This document shows, piece by piece, positions 38,393 through 47,781 of a DNA stretch of 64,000 nt. Both the position numbers and the translations under genes were made by a program. The notes beneath the pieces were generated by a model. That model was not told the origin of the DNA, ran no database searches, and saw only the letters and a list, made by a program, of their open reading frames with translations. Every line of letters starts with the position of its first letter. Within the stretch, counting starts at the first letter, position 1. This stretch comes from Deltaproteobacteria bacterium. GTDB taxonomy: Bacteria > Desulfobacterota > Desulfobacteria > Desulfobacterales > Desulfosarcinaceae. The DNA is taken from assembly GCA_020444075.1 (NCBI GenBank), contig JAHLLR010000001.1:47782-111781 (forward strand), given 5' to 3'.

Positions 38393-40807
38393 TTATACCT
38401 GATCGCAAGATATCGTCTCTTCAGTTTTATATGCTGGAGCAATACCCTGATCAGGTTCAATTTCTTCTGATGGAACAAATCGACGGCGTGGATAGTTCTC
38501 CCAATAGTCGCTGAATTCGCTCTTAGCAACAATTCTGAAACGTAAAGTGCTATTGGGTTGAAATAGAAAATCTGTAGGCGCAACCAAACAAGGCTCCCCA
38601 AGCGACTGTCCCTTGTGTGTCATAACAATGGGAGGATCCCACAAAGAGATGACTGAGCCGCGGTAGTCCTCCAAGGTATAACGGATGTTACCGTGACTGT
38701 CTCCTTCAATTTCATTGCCCCAAAATAACTTTGGAATTAAACGCTTTGTATCTGCGATTTCAACTGCTTGATGGATTCGCGATAAACAGGCAAGCATCCT
38801 GTCAGTTTCAGGGAATTTATCATCCTCACGTTTGTGGTCAATTCCATTTCTAATATTCGAAAGATCTGCTTGAGCAAGTTGTTTTGATATGCTCTCAATT
38901 GTCTCGGTATAACCAACAAGGATTTCTGATGGTACGTCTGCCCACAATTGTGTATGGAGGTATGGGAAGACCCATACTTTATCATCAGCATAATGCGGGA
39001 AATCTTCTTTCTTTCGTTCTAATTGTGTTTTGTCCACCTCATGTCTATTTTTTAACCACGCACGAAAACAATGTAAATAAGCCATCAAAGTCCCCAATGT
39101 ATTGGATCCTTCTATTGACCATGCGAAAGTTTCTTCCCCTGAATTGACCTCCGCACCCAAAGCCAGGACTACAGAATTATGGGCATCTCTGCGATTATAT
39201 TTAAAATGGGTTCCTGTGAAATGATCGGCAGATAGCATCCAAACATTATAACAGATCAAGTCTTCCAAAAAACTTTCCATTGATACAAACAAATTTACAC
39301 CAACACCTCTAACTTTAGCCTTGTCACCTTCGCCCAGTTTAGACCCAAGTGTTAGCAAGCAGGCCTGAAACTCTTGCAATCGATTATGTAAAATTTCATA
39401 ATTTTCCTCGTATCTGGAGAGATTGAATCCTAATTTCCATAAAAGTCTACGAATTGTCTTTCGTTCGTCTTCACCCGGGAATATCTGGAAATTGTATTCT
39501 TCTGCAATAGCGGTAATCACTGATCTCGAAGGCAATATTAGATCTTTGACAGTCTTCTCCGGCCCATGCGTCCGAATAAATTCAAATATGGAATGTTTTA
39601 AGCCAGACAAATCCGTCTTCCTTAAACGCCATGAAAGATCATCATTTTGGCCAAGCGATTCGTAAGTGGACCATATTGTAGACGCGAGTTCAATAACCGC
39701 TGGATAAATACATGAACGGATACCAAGCGAGGAAAGGCTGGATTTTAATTTAAGGTCTGGGCCATAAACATATGTAATTCTGGTTCGCAACTCTGCAGGG
39801 GGTATTAAAATTACTTTATTCGCTACCAATTCATCGATAAAATAGATAAGATCCCGGTCGGGAAGCAATAAAAGTGCTTGGTGTTGAGCTTCAGGTGAAA
39901 GATAATTTACCAAATCCAATTGTGGAATATCGTTTCCATATTTTTCTCTCAGTGTTTTGTTTAAGAATTCGAAATATTTTGATTTTAAAGCTCGTTTGAG
40001 TAAATTTTGTCTTTCGGGGCCGATAATACAATCCCCGATAATTGTTGGGAGATCATGGTAAGGTCTTCCATGCTGCCACTTACCAGTTCTGTGAATAAGC
40101 AAAAGAGGTTTCTCCCATTCTGATTCTGGACCAAAATGATCTCTAATCTCTCTATTAAATCTTTCGAAATAATTTTGGTACTCAGACTTGTGTTTACACA
40201 ATTTAACCAAATGACGCGCAAGACAACCTGGATCGGAGCAATGCCACAGGACTACATCAAGGTCAGGTGAGAGGAGGCGGTCTTCCTTTCCGATAAGAAT
40301 GCCTAAAGGTCCAGACACAAATGGACCAACTTGAAAGACTCCTTGTGGCATTCCATCTAATAGGAATTCTGCCTCATCAGGATTCAAATGGTCTGTTTCT
40401 GTAGCCTCAGGCCAATCATTATATTTATGATATAATTTGTTACCATATGCGTATGGCCATCTCAGGTGCCCATCCCTTTCCATTTGGTTTAATAGTTCAA
40501 GAATACCTGATAGGTCACTTTCTATATAATTGACCAATAAATCGGTGTGGTAAAAAAGTTTGAATAACGTAAATGCTTCATATGCGCTGTCGTTAACAAT
40601 GCCTTTATTTCTTACATGTTGTAGATATTGTTCTCCTGTTTCGCTTATTTTCACACATTCATTCCAATCAGTGCTTGGTTGAAAATTCGCACTGAGGAAT
40701 CCCTCTGCGCAAAATAATGATAGCCCGAAAAGCCTAAAAAGCTTCTCTTTATATTCCATACCCTTTAATTTTTTATTCACTTCAGATGAAGATAGCCATT
40801 TTCCCAT
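38393..40807 (-). CDS. large islet protein with putative HEPN RNase motif (candidate defence effector)
   Basis: AAGGAG RBS 7 nt before ATG 40807 (the track starts at GTG 40810, 805 aa); NLFVSMESFLEDL and RNGIDH (38834-38851); HCSDPGCLARH. Confidence 0.85.
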   Translation of the reverse strand: MGKWLSSSEVNKKLKGMEYKEKLFRLFGLSLFCAEGFLSANFQPSTDWNECVKISETGEQYLQHVRNKGIVNDSAYEAFTLFKLFYHTDLLVNYIESDLSGILELLNQMERDGHLRWPYAYGNKLYHKYNDWPEATETDHLNPDEAEFLLDGMPQGVFQVGPFVSGPLGILIGKEDRLLSPDLDVVLWHCSDPGCLARHLVKLCKHKSEYQNYFERFNREIRDHFGPESEWEKPLLLIHRTGKWQHGRPYHDLPTIIGDCIIGPERQNLLKRALKSKYFEFLNKTLREKYGNDIPQLDLVNYLSPEAQHQALLLLPDRDLIYFIDELVANKVILIPPAELRTRITYVYGPDLKLKSSLSSLGIRSCIYPAVIELASTIWSTYESLGQNDDLSWRLRKTDLSGLKHSIFEFIRTHGPEKTVKDLILPSRSVITAIAEEYNFQIFPGEDERKTIRRLLWKLGFNLSRYEENYEILHNRLQEFQACLLTLGSKLGEGDKAKVRGVGVNLFVSMESFLEDLICYNVWMLSADHFTGTHFKYNRRDAHNSVVLALGAEVNSGEETFAWSIEGSNTLGTLMAYLHCFRAWLKNRHEVDKTQLERKKEDFPHYADDKVWVFPYLHTQLWADVPSEILVGYTETIESISKQLAQADLSNIRNGIDHKREDDKFPETDRMLACLSRIHQAVEIADTKRLIPKLFWGNEIEGDSHGNIRYTLEDYRGSVISLWDPPIVMTHKGQSLGEPCLVAPTDFLFQPNSTLRFRIVAKSEFSDYWENYPRRRFVPSEEIEPDQGIAPAYKTEETISCDQV

Positions 40808-40896
40808 CACATATCTCCTTAGACCGAAATAGCAATTTAAAGATTATTGGGTTGGATGTTCTTTGTTACGTCCAGAAGCTTAAATGGATTGTTACA

Positions 40897-41040
40897 TCAA
40901 TTGTGATCAATAGCTATGTTTATATTTTTGAGACTGGACTCAAGTGATTTAACACACTCATTTTTCAATTTCAAATAGGTTCCATTTTATTTCAAAAGTG
41001 ACTCATAGGAACCGTCATATAAATATAACATATTGAAAAA
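40897..41040 (-). pseudogene. possible remnant of an ABC-exporter ATPase C-terminus
   Basis: YFFNMLYLYDGSYESLLK*NGTYLKL resembles the G(S/T)xxELLxxxGxYxxL tail. Confidence 0.35.
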
Positions 41041-41112
41041 ATATCACATAATCAATCCAGATTGAAATATACGCTTAGTGAACGTATAAATTGATCAAAT
41101 TATACTTGACAT

Positions 41113-41137
41113 GGGGTAATTCGGGGGTAATTCGGGG
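41113..41137 (+). repeat. 11-bp tandem repeat
   Basis: GGGGTAATTCG x2 followed by GGG. Confidence 0.7.
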
Positions 41138-41225
41138 ACGGTGATGAAAATATGCGTTTCTAATTCTTCCCCATAAGATTCCTTTTCAATTTGTTTTCTC
41201 GATGAACGAAACGCATTAAATCATC

Positions 41226-41274
41226 CCCGCAATCCGTCCAGCATTCCACCCGCAATCCACGTCCAGCAATCCCA
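41226..41274 (+). repeat. imperfect tandem duplication with four GCA(A/T)TCC units
   Basis: CCCGCAATCCGTCCAGCATTCCA / CCCGCAATCCACGTCCAGCAATCCCA. Confidence 0.65.
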
Positions 41275-41472
41275 TTTGGCTTAATGCACCGTCATCAGGC
41301 AATGAAACAAAAAAGATACTGGACAGCAATAACAACGTAAACGGCCTGTCAAAGGGTTCAGTAAGCATATTGCTAATTAGCTGGATCAATCCTGTCGCCA
41401 TTTTGAAAACCAAAATTTACCTGTTTTGGCCTCTAAACTCCAAAATAGGCATTTTTCACTCAAAACATTGCT

Positions 41473-41544
41473 GGTGGGGTAGAAATTGGAAGAAACGTTA
41501 AATCACCAATATTCGGGCTGTAGGTGGGAAATGCGGTGGGAAAT
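41473..41544 (+). repeat. arm-type repeats (GGTGGG family) next to the tRNA
   Basis: GGTGGGAAAT at 41523 and 41535 (12-bp period), GGTGGGGTAG at 41473. Confidence 0.6.
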
Positions 41545-41554
41545 TTAGAGACAC

Positions 41555-41603
41555 CAAAAAATCAGGGGGCCGGTATTTCTACCTAACCCCCTGGAATTTT
41601 TTT
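41555..41603 (-). terminator. terminator-like hairpin downstream of tRNA-Glu
   Basis: CAGGGGG-N17-CCCCCTG flanked by A- and T-tracts. Confidence 0.6.
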
Positions 41604-41678
41604 TGGTGATCCCACCGGGATTCGAACCCGGGTTACCGGCGTGAGAGGCCGACGTCCTAACCACTAGACGATGGGACC
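41604..41678 (-). tRNA. tRNA-Glu(CTC)
   Basis: GGTCCCATCGTCTAGTGGTTAGGACGTCGGCCTCTCACGCCGGTAACCCGGGTTCGAATCCCGGTGGGATCACCA; cloverleaf, anticodon loop CTCTCAC, T-loop TTCGAAT, encoded CCA. Confidence 0.97.
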
Positions 41679-41696
41679 GTATAAAAAACAGAGGCT

Positions 41697-41725
41697 TCAA
41701 TATAGAAAAGACGTATCTTTGTCAA
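41697..41725 (-). promoter_or_regulatory. probable sigma70 promoter of tRNA-Glu
   Basis: Perfect TTGACA followed by TATATTGA at 15-17 bp; -10 assignment uncertain. Confidence 0.45.
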
Positions 41726-41777
41726 ACAGTATTTGCCCCCGGGAAAGCCTTGAATGGCTTGAACAGGGACTATCGTT

Positions 41778-41996
41778 TCAATCGTCCGGTCCGTCGGCCG
41801 CAGACCGTTTGCCCCTTCTGAACCCGAACAGGAAATAAACCACCACGCCGACGAACGGAACCAGGGCAACGACGAAGGCCCACAGGGCCTTGAATTGGAT
41901 GCCACCGAAGTCTTTGCGGGCGATATCCAGAAGCGCCACGCAGGTCAGGAGGAAAAACGCAACCCCGGTAACCACAATGATCATGCCGGTGCTCAT
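41778..41996 (-). CDS. PLDc N-terminal domain small membrane protein
   Basis: ALLDIARKDF...KALW..VVALVPFVGVVVYFLFG. Confidence 0.85.
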   Translation of the reverse strand: MSTGMIIVVTGVAFFLLTCVALLDIARKDFGGIQFKALWAFVVALVPFVGVVVYFLFGFRRGKRSAADGPDD

Positions 41997-42002
41997 GATG
42001 GA

Positions 42003-42902
42003 TCAGCCTTTCAATTTATCCGCAATATCGAGGATGGTGTCCACGTAATACTTGCTGTGGTTGTAATGGTAGACCACCTTGAAGGCCTGCTCCCGGGCGA
42101 GCCCCGGTTTCCATCCATAATGTTTCAGGTAGCTGGCGATGCTGGAGATGGCGTCGGCATGGACAAACAGGTCCACCTGGCCGTCGGCGTTGCCGTCTTG
42201 GCCATAGAGGGCGATATTGCTGGGCATGAACTGGGAGATCCCCATGGCGCCGGCGTATGATCCCTTGATGACGGTGGGATCCATGCCCTCTTTTTCGGTG
42301 TAGGTTAAAAAGGCCTTAAGTTCACCGTAGGCCCAGTTCGCCTTCTGGTCCGCTTTTTTTTCAAATTCTTTGCGGGACATTCTTCTGTCGTCATCGGGCA
42401 GGTTATCCCAGATCATCTGGCGTGGCTTTTCGTCGGTCATGGCGGACAAGGTGGCCAGGGTGTTGATCACCGATTTGTTGCCCACATAGGTGCCCAGCTT
42501 GGTCTCCACCAGAATGATGGCGGTGATTACCTCCTTGTCGACCTCGAAGGTCTTCTCCGCATATGCCAGGGCCTCCTTATGGGTCTTCATGTATATTTTT
42601 GCCGATTCGATATTCCATATGCGGGTAAACTGCTTGTAGTTCAGCTTGGCCTCGTTGTGCATGAAATAGGCGCTGACACCCCTCTCTTCGAAGGAGACAT
42701 CGGGACTGGCAAAAAGAGTCTTGATGTGGGCGCTGTCAAAGCCGTCTGCAATCAGTCGTTTTTCGAGAGCGTCAAAGGGCTTCGAAGGCTCGGCGACGCA
42801 CGCAGGAGCAAACCATCCCGCCAGCAGCAGGGCCAGGATGGTCATGCCATACCGCTTGAACCGTCCGGTTAGAGGTGTTGGGATATTGTCGAGCATGCGC
42901 AT
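42003..42902 (-). CDS. lytic murein transglycosylase (MltB/SLT_2 family)
   Basis: AIILVETKLG, GSYAGAMGISQFMPS, DGNADGQVDL, SIASYL, YNHS..YV. Confidence 0.92.
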   Translation of the reverse strand: MRMLDNIPTPLTGRFKRYGMTILALLLAGWFAPACVAEPSKPFDALEKRLIADGFDSAHIKTLFASPDVSFEERGVSAYFMHNEAKLNYKQFTRIWNIESAKIYMKTHKEALAYAEKTFEVDKEVITAIILVETKLGTYVGNKSVINTLATLSAMTDEKPRQMIWDNLPDDDRRMSRKEFEKKADQKANWAYGELKAFLTYTEKEGMDPTVIKGSYAGAMGISQFMPSNIALYGQDGNADGQVDLFVHADAISSIASYLKHYGWKPGLAREQAFKVVYHYNHSKYYVDTILDIADKLKG

Positions 42903-42980
42903 TGGTCTCCTTTATGAATCCGGCGCTTTCACCCGCCCCCTCTCCCTTAAAGGTGAAGGGTATTGGGGAATGATCCAGCT

Positions 42981-43772
42981 TTACTGAAGCGGAACGATTT
43001 CCCGCTGCCGATGAGAGAAACCGGTCAGATGCCGGTAGCCGGCGACAGTGAGCAAGTCCTGGGCCCGGTCGAAATCCCTACCCACTGTTTCGGGGGTGTG
43101 GGCGTCGGAACCGACGACCACGGGAATCTGAAGCTGTGCACACCGGTCAAGCAGTTCCGGCGACGGGAAGGCCTCTTTCACGGGATAGTGAAACCCGCTG
43201 GTGTTCAGTTCTACAGCCAGGTCCCTTTCCCGGATTTTTTCCAGAACGTCCAAAAACCCTTGCGCCGCAGATGGCGACGGGCGCTGGTTGTACTTTTTGG
43301 GCAGATCCAGATGACATATCACATCAAAGTAATCATAATCCAGCATTGATTCCAGGATGCCAAGGTATTTGGGGTAGACTTCGTCGGCGCTGATTTCGCC
43401 GCGGCCCCACGCCGACCGCCGGGTCACCACATCTTCACCGTCGAGAAAATGGACGGAACTGCCCACCACATCCAGATCGAAGGTGTTCACGATTTCGATG
43501 CAGCGGTCCACATGGCGGGGTGAAAAGTCGATCTCCAGCCCCACGCGGACGCTGATTTGATCACGATACTGCCGTTCCAGCCGGCGGGCCGCATTGACGT
43601 ACATGGGCACCTCCCTGGGAAACATGGCGTTGGTGCGCCCCCCCTCCTGGAACGTCAGATGGTCCAGGAAACAGAGGGTGGCAATCCCCTTGGCCACCGC
43701 CGCCCGGACGTACTGCTCCATGGTGCCGGTGGCGTGGTTGCAAAGGCTGGTGTGGACGTGGTAGTCGATCAT
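42981..43772 (-). CDS. histidinol-phosphatase HisJ family (PHP domain)
   Basis: DYHVHT, CFLDH, GLEID, SSVH, CHLDL, ELNTSG, GSDAH. Confidence 0.88.
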   Translation of the reverse strand: MIDYHVHTSLCNHATGTMEQYVRAAVAKGIATLCFLDHLTFQEGGRTNAMFPREVPMYVNAARRLERQYRDQISVRVGLEIDFSPRHVDRCIEIVNTFDLDVVGSSVHFLDGEDVVTRRSAWGRGEISADEVYPKYLGILESMLDYDYFDVICHLDLPKKYNQRPSPSAAQGFLDVLEKIRERDLAVELNTSGFHYPVKEAFPSPELLDRCAQLQIPVVVGSDAHTPETVGRDFDRAQDLLTVAGYRHLTGFSHRQREIVPLQ

Positions 43773-43933
43773 GGCTTAAGGATTCGTAAGACGTTCGATA
43801 TCTGCGTTACGCTTCGCGCCTCGTCACATTCTTAACGGGTTGATTGACATGGCAACGCTTACCGTGTCAAACCACTGTCTGACAATAAATCCGATGTTAA
43901 ACGTTTCAGCAAATATAAACACGATCGATAACC

Positions 43934-45298
43934 ATGGCACGAAAAAATGCAAAAACCCTGTTTGTCTGCCAGTCCTGCGGGTATGAATCCGCCAAGTGGA
44001 TGGGCCGATGCACCGAATGCGGCGCCTGGGACACCTTCGCCGAAGAGGTGCGACGGACGGCAGCAGCCGGCAGCAAGATCATGGCCGAAAAAGGCAACCG
44101 CCCGGTTCCCATTGACGCCGTCGAAATTATCGATGAGGAGCGGATGTCCACTGGCATCGATGAATTCGACCGGGTGCTGGGCGGTGGGTTGGTGGCCGGC
44201 ACCCTGGTGTTGATCGGCGGCGACCCGGGCATCGGTAAATCCACGATCATGCTCCAGGTCCTGCACGGCATCGCCGGCAGTGGCCGCAAGGTGCTGTATG
44301 TTTCCGGTGAGGAATCGGTGCGCCAGCTGCGCCTGCGCAGCCGCCGGCTGAAGACCTTATCGTCGAACCTGCTGGTGGTCTCGGAGATCGACATCGACGC
44401 GATCATGGCCATGGTGGAGAGCGAAAAACCGGACGTCCTGGTGGTTGATTCAATCCAGACGGTTTTCAGCCCGGAGATCACATCGGCCCCGGGCAGCGTG
44501 AGCCAGGTTCGCGAGTCCACCATGCGGCTGATGCTCATGGCCAAGCGAACGGGCATCCCCACCTTCCTGGTGGGCCATGTGACCAAGGAAGGCGCCATTG
44601 CCGGCCCCCGGCTGCTCGAACACATGGTGGACACCGTGCTCTATTTCGAAGGAGACCGCAACCACATCTTCCGCATCCTGCGGGCGGTAAAAAACCGCTT
44701 CGGCTCCACCAACGAAATCGGCGTCTTCGAAATGAAGGAGAGCGGGCTGCGCGAGGTGGCCAACCCGTCGGCCGTATTTCTCTCCGAACGGCCGGAAAAC
44801 GCCCCCGGATCCGTGGTGGCGGCCAGCATGGAAGGCACCCGCCCCATCCTGGTGGAGCTTCAGGCCCTGGTGTCGAGCACCAGCTTCGGCACCCCCCGGC
44901 GCACGATCCTGGGACTCGACCACAACCGGGTGGCCCTGCTCGTGGCCGTGATGGAAAAGCAGCTGGGCATGCACCTGATGGGCCACGACATTTTCATGAA
45001 TGTGGCCGGCGGCGTGAAAATCATGGAACCGGCTATAGACATGGGCATCGTCTCGGCCATCGCCTCCAGTTTTCTGGACCGGCCCATTCGCAGGGACACC
45101 ATGGTGGTTGGCGAAGTCGGACTGGCCGGCGAAGTAAGAGCCGTGGGCAATGTGGACATCCGCATATCCGAGGCGCGGAAGATGGGCTTCACCCGGATCG
45201 TCGCCCCGGCGGGCAGCCTGAAGCGGCTGCGGCGCCCCAAGGATGTCACCCTGGAAGGGGTCGACACCGTAGCCGCGGCCGTTGAGCTGCTGTTCTGA
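43934..45298 (+). CDS. radA: DNA repair protein RadA/Sms
   Basis: CQSC/CTEC Zn finger, GDPGIGKS, KNRFG, Lon-like C-terminus. Confidence 0.97.
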   Translation: MARKNAKTLFVCQSCGYESAKWMGRCTECGAWDTFAEEVRRTAAAGSKIMAEKGNRPVPIDAVEIIDEERMSTGIDEFDRVLGGGLVAGTLVLIGGDPGIGKSTIMLQVLHGIAGSGRKVLYVSGEESVRQLRLRSRRLKTLSSNLLVVSEIDIDAIMAMVESEKPDVLVVDSIQTVFSPEITSAPGSVSQVRESTMRLMLMAKRTGIPTFLVGHVTKEGAIAGPRLLEHMVDTVLYFEGDRNHIFRILRAVKNRFGSTNEIGVFEMKESGLREVANPSAVFLSERPENAPGSVVAASMEGTRPILVELQALVSSTSFGTPRRTILGLDHNRVALLVAVMEKQLGMHLMGHDIFMNVAGGVKIMEPAIDMGIVSAIASSFLDRPIRRDTMVVGEVGLAGEVRAVGNVDIRISEARKMGFTRIVAPAGSLKRLRRPKDVTLEGVDTVAAAVELLF

Positions 45299-45462
45299 TA
45301 CCACGTTGCATTCAAGCCCGGCGGACGGAAACGAGAGTCCCGGCCTCCGGAGGACCGGGTATGATCCGGTATGCCTATCGAAATGACAACACACTCATTA
45401 TATTGGGTATTGAGTTCTCCTCACGCCCATGGTTTGACTTGACTTGAAATGGGCGAAAAGAT

Positions 45463-46065
45463 ATGAAGCGAACCAATCGAAAAAAGAACCCGTGGGCGGA
45501 TCACTACACCCGCCAAGCCCAAAAGGAAAACTTCGCGGCCCGATCGGTTTACAAGCTCCAGGAAATCCAGAAAAAGGTCCGGATTCTCGAAAGGGGCGTA
45601 CGGGTGCTGGACTTGGGATGCGCGCCGGGGTCATGGCTGCAGTTTGCCGCCCGGACGATCGGCCCGAACGGCCGGCTGGTGGGTATCGACCTGACGCCGG
45701 TTACCATCGATTTGCCGGACCAGGTGACCGTGATCACCGGTGACGTGGCTGATCTCGAAGGGTACCTGGCCAGGTTGGGACAAACCCGCTTCGATGTGGT
45801 GCTCAGTGACATGGCGCCGGCCACCACGGGCAACCGCCACGTTGACGAAGCCCGATCCATGGGCCTGTGCGAAGCGGCCCTGGATATTGCCGAAAAGACC
45901 CTGGTTCCGGGGGGCAGCTTCGTCTGCAAGATATTCCAGGGAAGTGATTTCAAGACCTTTACCGATGCCGTGAAACACCGTTTTGACCGTCAGGCGGCGT
46001 TCCGGCCCCAAAGTACACGCAAAGCCAGCCGCGAGGTATTTGTCATCGGGCTGGGGAAAAAATGA
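45463..46065 (+). CDS. rlmE: 23S rRNA Um2552 methyltransferase (FtsJ)
   Basis: ARSVYKL, DLGCAPGSW, VLSDMAP, FVCKIFQG, ASREVF. Confidence 0.93.
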   Translation: MKRTNRKKNPWADHYTRQAQKENFAARSVYKLQEIQKKVRILERGVRVLDLGCAPGSWLQFAARTIGPNGRLVGIDLTPVTIDLPDQVTVITGDVADLEGYLARLGQTRFDVVLSDMAPATTGNRHVDEARSMGLCEAALDIAEKTLVPGGSFVCKIFQGSDFKTFTDAVKHRFDRQAAFRPQSTRKASREVFVIGLGKK

Positions 46066-46123
46066 TAGTTCCGTGAAGATCGGGACTTTTTACCGGTCCA
46101 TTAAAAAATAACAGGAGGTTTGC

Positions 46124-46867
46124 ATGTCAGGACATAATAAGTGGTCTTCCATCAAACACCGCAAAGGCGCTCAGGACGCCAAGCGGGGGAAGATCTTCAC
46201 CAAACTGATCAAGGAAATTACCGTGGCCGCCCGGACGGGCGGGGGCGATCTGGACGCCAACCCGCGACTGCGCACTGCCGTGGCTGCGGCCAAGGTTGAA
46301 AACATGCCCAAGGACAACATCGAGCGGGCCATCAAAAAAGGCACCGGCGAACTGGAAGGGGTCAGCTACGAAGAGAACTCCTATGAAGGCTACGGCCCCG
46401 GCGGGGCTGCCATCCTGGTCGAATCCCTGACGGACAACAAGAACCGGGCCGTGGCCGAAATCCGCCACATCTTCAATAAATACGGCGGCAATATGGGCGA
46501 AAATGGATGCGTGGCCTGGATGTTCGACAACAAGGGCTACTTCAATGTGGACAAGGCTGCCGTCAGCGAGGAAAAGCTCATGGAAATCGCCCTGGACGCC
46601 GGTGCCGAGGATGTGCGCGAAGAAGACGACAGCTTCGAAGTCATCACCGCACCCGAAGATTTCGAGACTGTCAAGGAAGCCCTCGAGGGGGCGGGAATCC
46701 CTTTCAGCGACGCCGAGGTGACCATGCTGCCCCAGAACATGAGCCCGCTGGAGGGAAAAGAGGCCGAACGTATGCTCAAACTGATGGAAGCCATGGACGA
46801 CTGCGACGATGTCCAGAAAGTCTACACCAACGCCGACATTCCCGACGACATGGTAGATGCCATGTAA
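46124..46867 (+). CDS. yebC: YebC/PmpR family protein
   Basis: [37 protein letters not shown]. Confidence 0.96.
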   Translation: MSGHNKWSSIKHRKGAQDAKRGKIFTKLIKEITVAARTGGGDLDANPRLRTAVAAAKVENMPKDNIERAIKKGTGELEGVSYEENSYEGYGPGGAAILVESLTDNKNRAVAEIRHIFNKYGGNMGENGCVAWMFDNKGYFNVDKAAVSEEKLMEIALDAGAEDVREEDDSFEVITAPEDFETVKEALEGAGIPFSDAEVTMLPQNMSPLEGKEAERMLKLMEAMDDCDDVQKVYTNADIPDDMVDAM

Positions 46868-46874
46868 TCCTATA

Positions 46875-47771
46875 TTACCGCGACAGATCGATCATCCGGG
46901 TCACCGCGGCCAGCGCCGGGATACGGATATCCTCGGGGACCTTTACCTGGCCGGACAGGTCCTCCAGGCAGGCCAGGATATCCTGAGGCGTGATCTTTTT
47001 CATGTCCGGACAGACCATCTTCTCCGAGGCCGGATAGAATTTCTTTCCGGGAATTTTCTGCACCAGCGGATAGAGCAGCCCCACCTCCGTTCCCACGATA
47101 AATTCGGTGGCATCGGATTCGGCGGCAAACCGGATCATCCCCGAGGTGCTCAGGGCCGCATCCGCAATGTCCACCACTTCGGGCCGGCATTCGGGGTGGG
47201 CGATGAACACGGCTCCCGGATGGGCGGCCCTGGCCGCCGCGACATCAGCTACGGTCAGCCGGTCGTGGACGGGGCAGCACCCGTCCCACAGGTGGATCTT
47301 CCTGGTGGTATGCCGGGCCGTGTTGCGGGCCAGGTTGCGATCCGGGGTCATGAGCAGTTCATCGGTATCCAGGCTGTTGACCACCTCGACGGCGTTGGCC
47401 GAGGTGCAGCAGATGGTGGACAGGGCCTTGACGGCGGCCGGGGAGTTCACGTAGGTCACCACGGGCATCTCCGGTGTCGTCCGGAGACGCGCGCTCAGTG
47501 CGACGGGGGTGATCATGTCGGCCATGGGGCAGCCGGCATCGGCGCGCGGCAACAGTACGGTTTTATCCGGGGAAAGGATCGAGGCGGTTTCCGCCATGAA
47601 GTGGACCCCGCAGAAAACGATCATCTCAGCATCGGTGTCGGCGGCCCGAATGCTGAGTTCCAGCGAATCCCCGCACAGGTCGGCCATTTCCTGAATCTCG
47701 GGGGGCTGGTAGTTGTGGGCCAGCATGATGGCATTTCTCTGTTTAAGCAGCTTTCTGATTCTGGCTTGCAT
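46875..47771 (-). CDS. nadA: quinolinate synthase
   Basis: LAHNYQ, FCGVHFMAE, AGCPMA, YVNS, CCTSAN, CPVH, AHPEC, CPDMK. Confidence 0.95.
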   Translation of the reverse strand: MQARIRKLLKQRNAIMLAHNYQPPEIQEMADLCGDSLELSIRAADTDAEMIVFCGVHFMAETASILSPDKTVLLPRADAGCPMADMITPVALSARLRTTPEMPVVTYVNSPAAVKALSTICCTSANAVEVVNSLDTDELLMTPDRNLARNTARHTTRKIHLWDGCCPVHDRLTVADVAAARAAHPGAVFIAHPECRPEVVDIADAALSTSGMIRFAAESDATEFIVGTEVGLLYPLVQKIPGKKFYPASEKMVCPDMKKITPQDILACLEDLSGQVKVPEDIRIPALAAVTRMIDLSR

Positions 47772-47781
47772 GATTGGATCC

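Larger units (their letters stand above)
38043..41647. mobile_element. tRNA-Glu-integrated genomic islet (no integrase; vestigial)
   Basis: 44-bp perfect direct repeats at both ends; AT-rich (two 60-nt spot counts 30% and 47% GC) against a GC-rich backbone; single intact cargo ORF. Confidence 0.88.

Noticed and set aside
38087-41603. Integrase, excisionase or CRISPR-like array within the islet
   Set aside because: No R-H-R-H/W-Y integrase fragments found in the frames I read; the repeats are 7-11 bp without unique spacers, so they are not CRISPR
43844-43870. TTGACATGG-N9-CCGTGTCAA inverted repeat before radA as an SOS box
   Set aside because: Does not match LexA boxes I know; more simply two back-to-back -35 hexamers of divergent promoters
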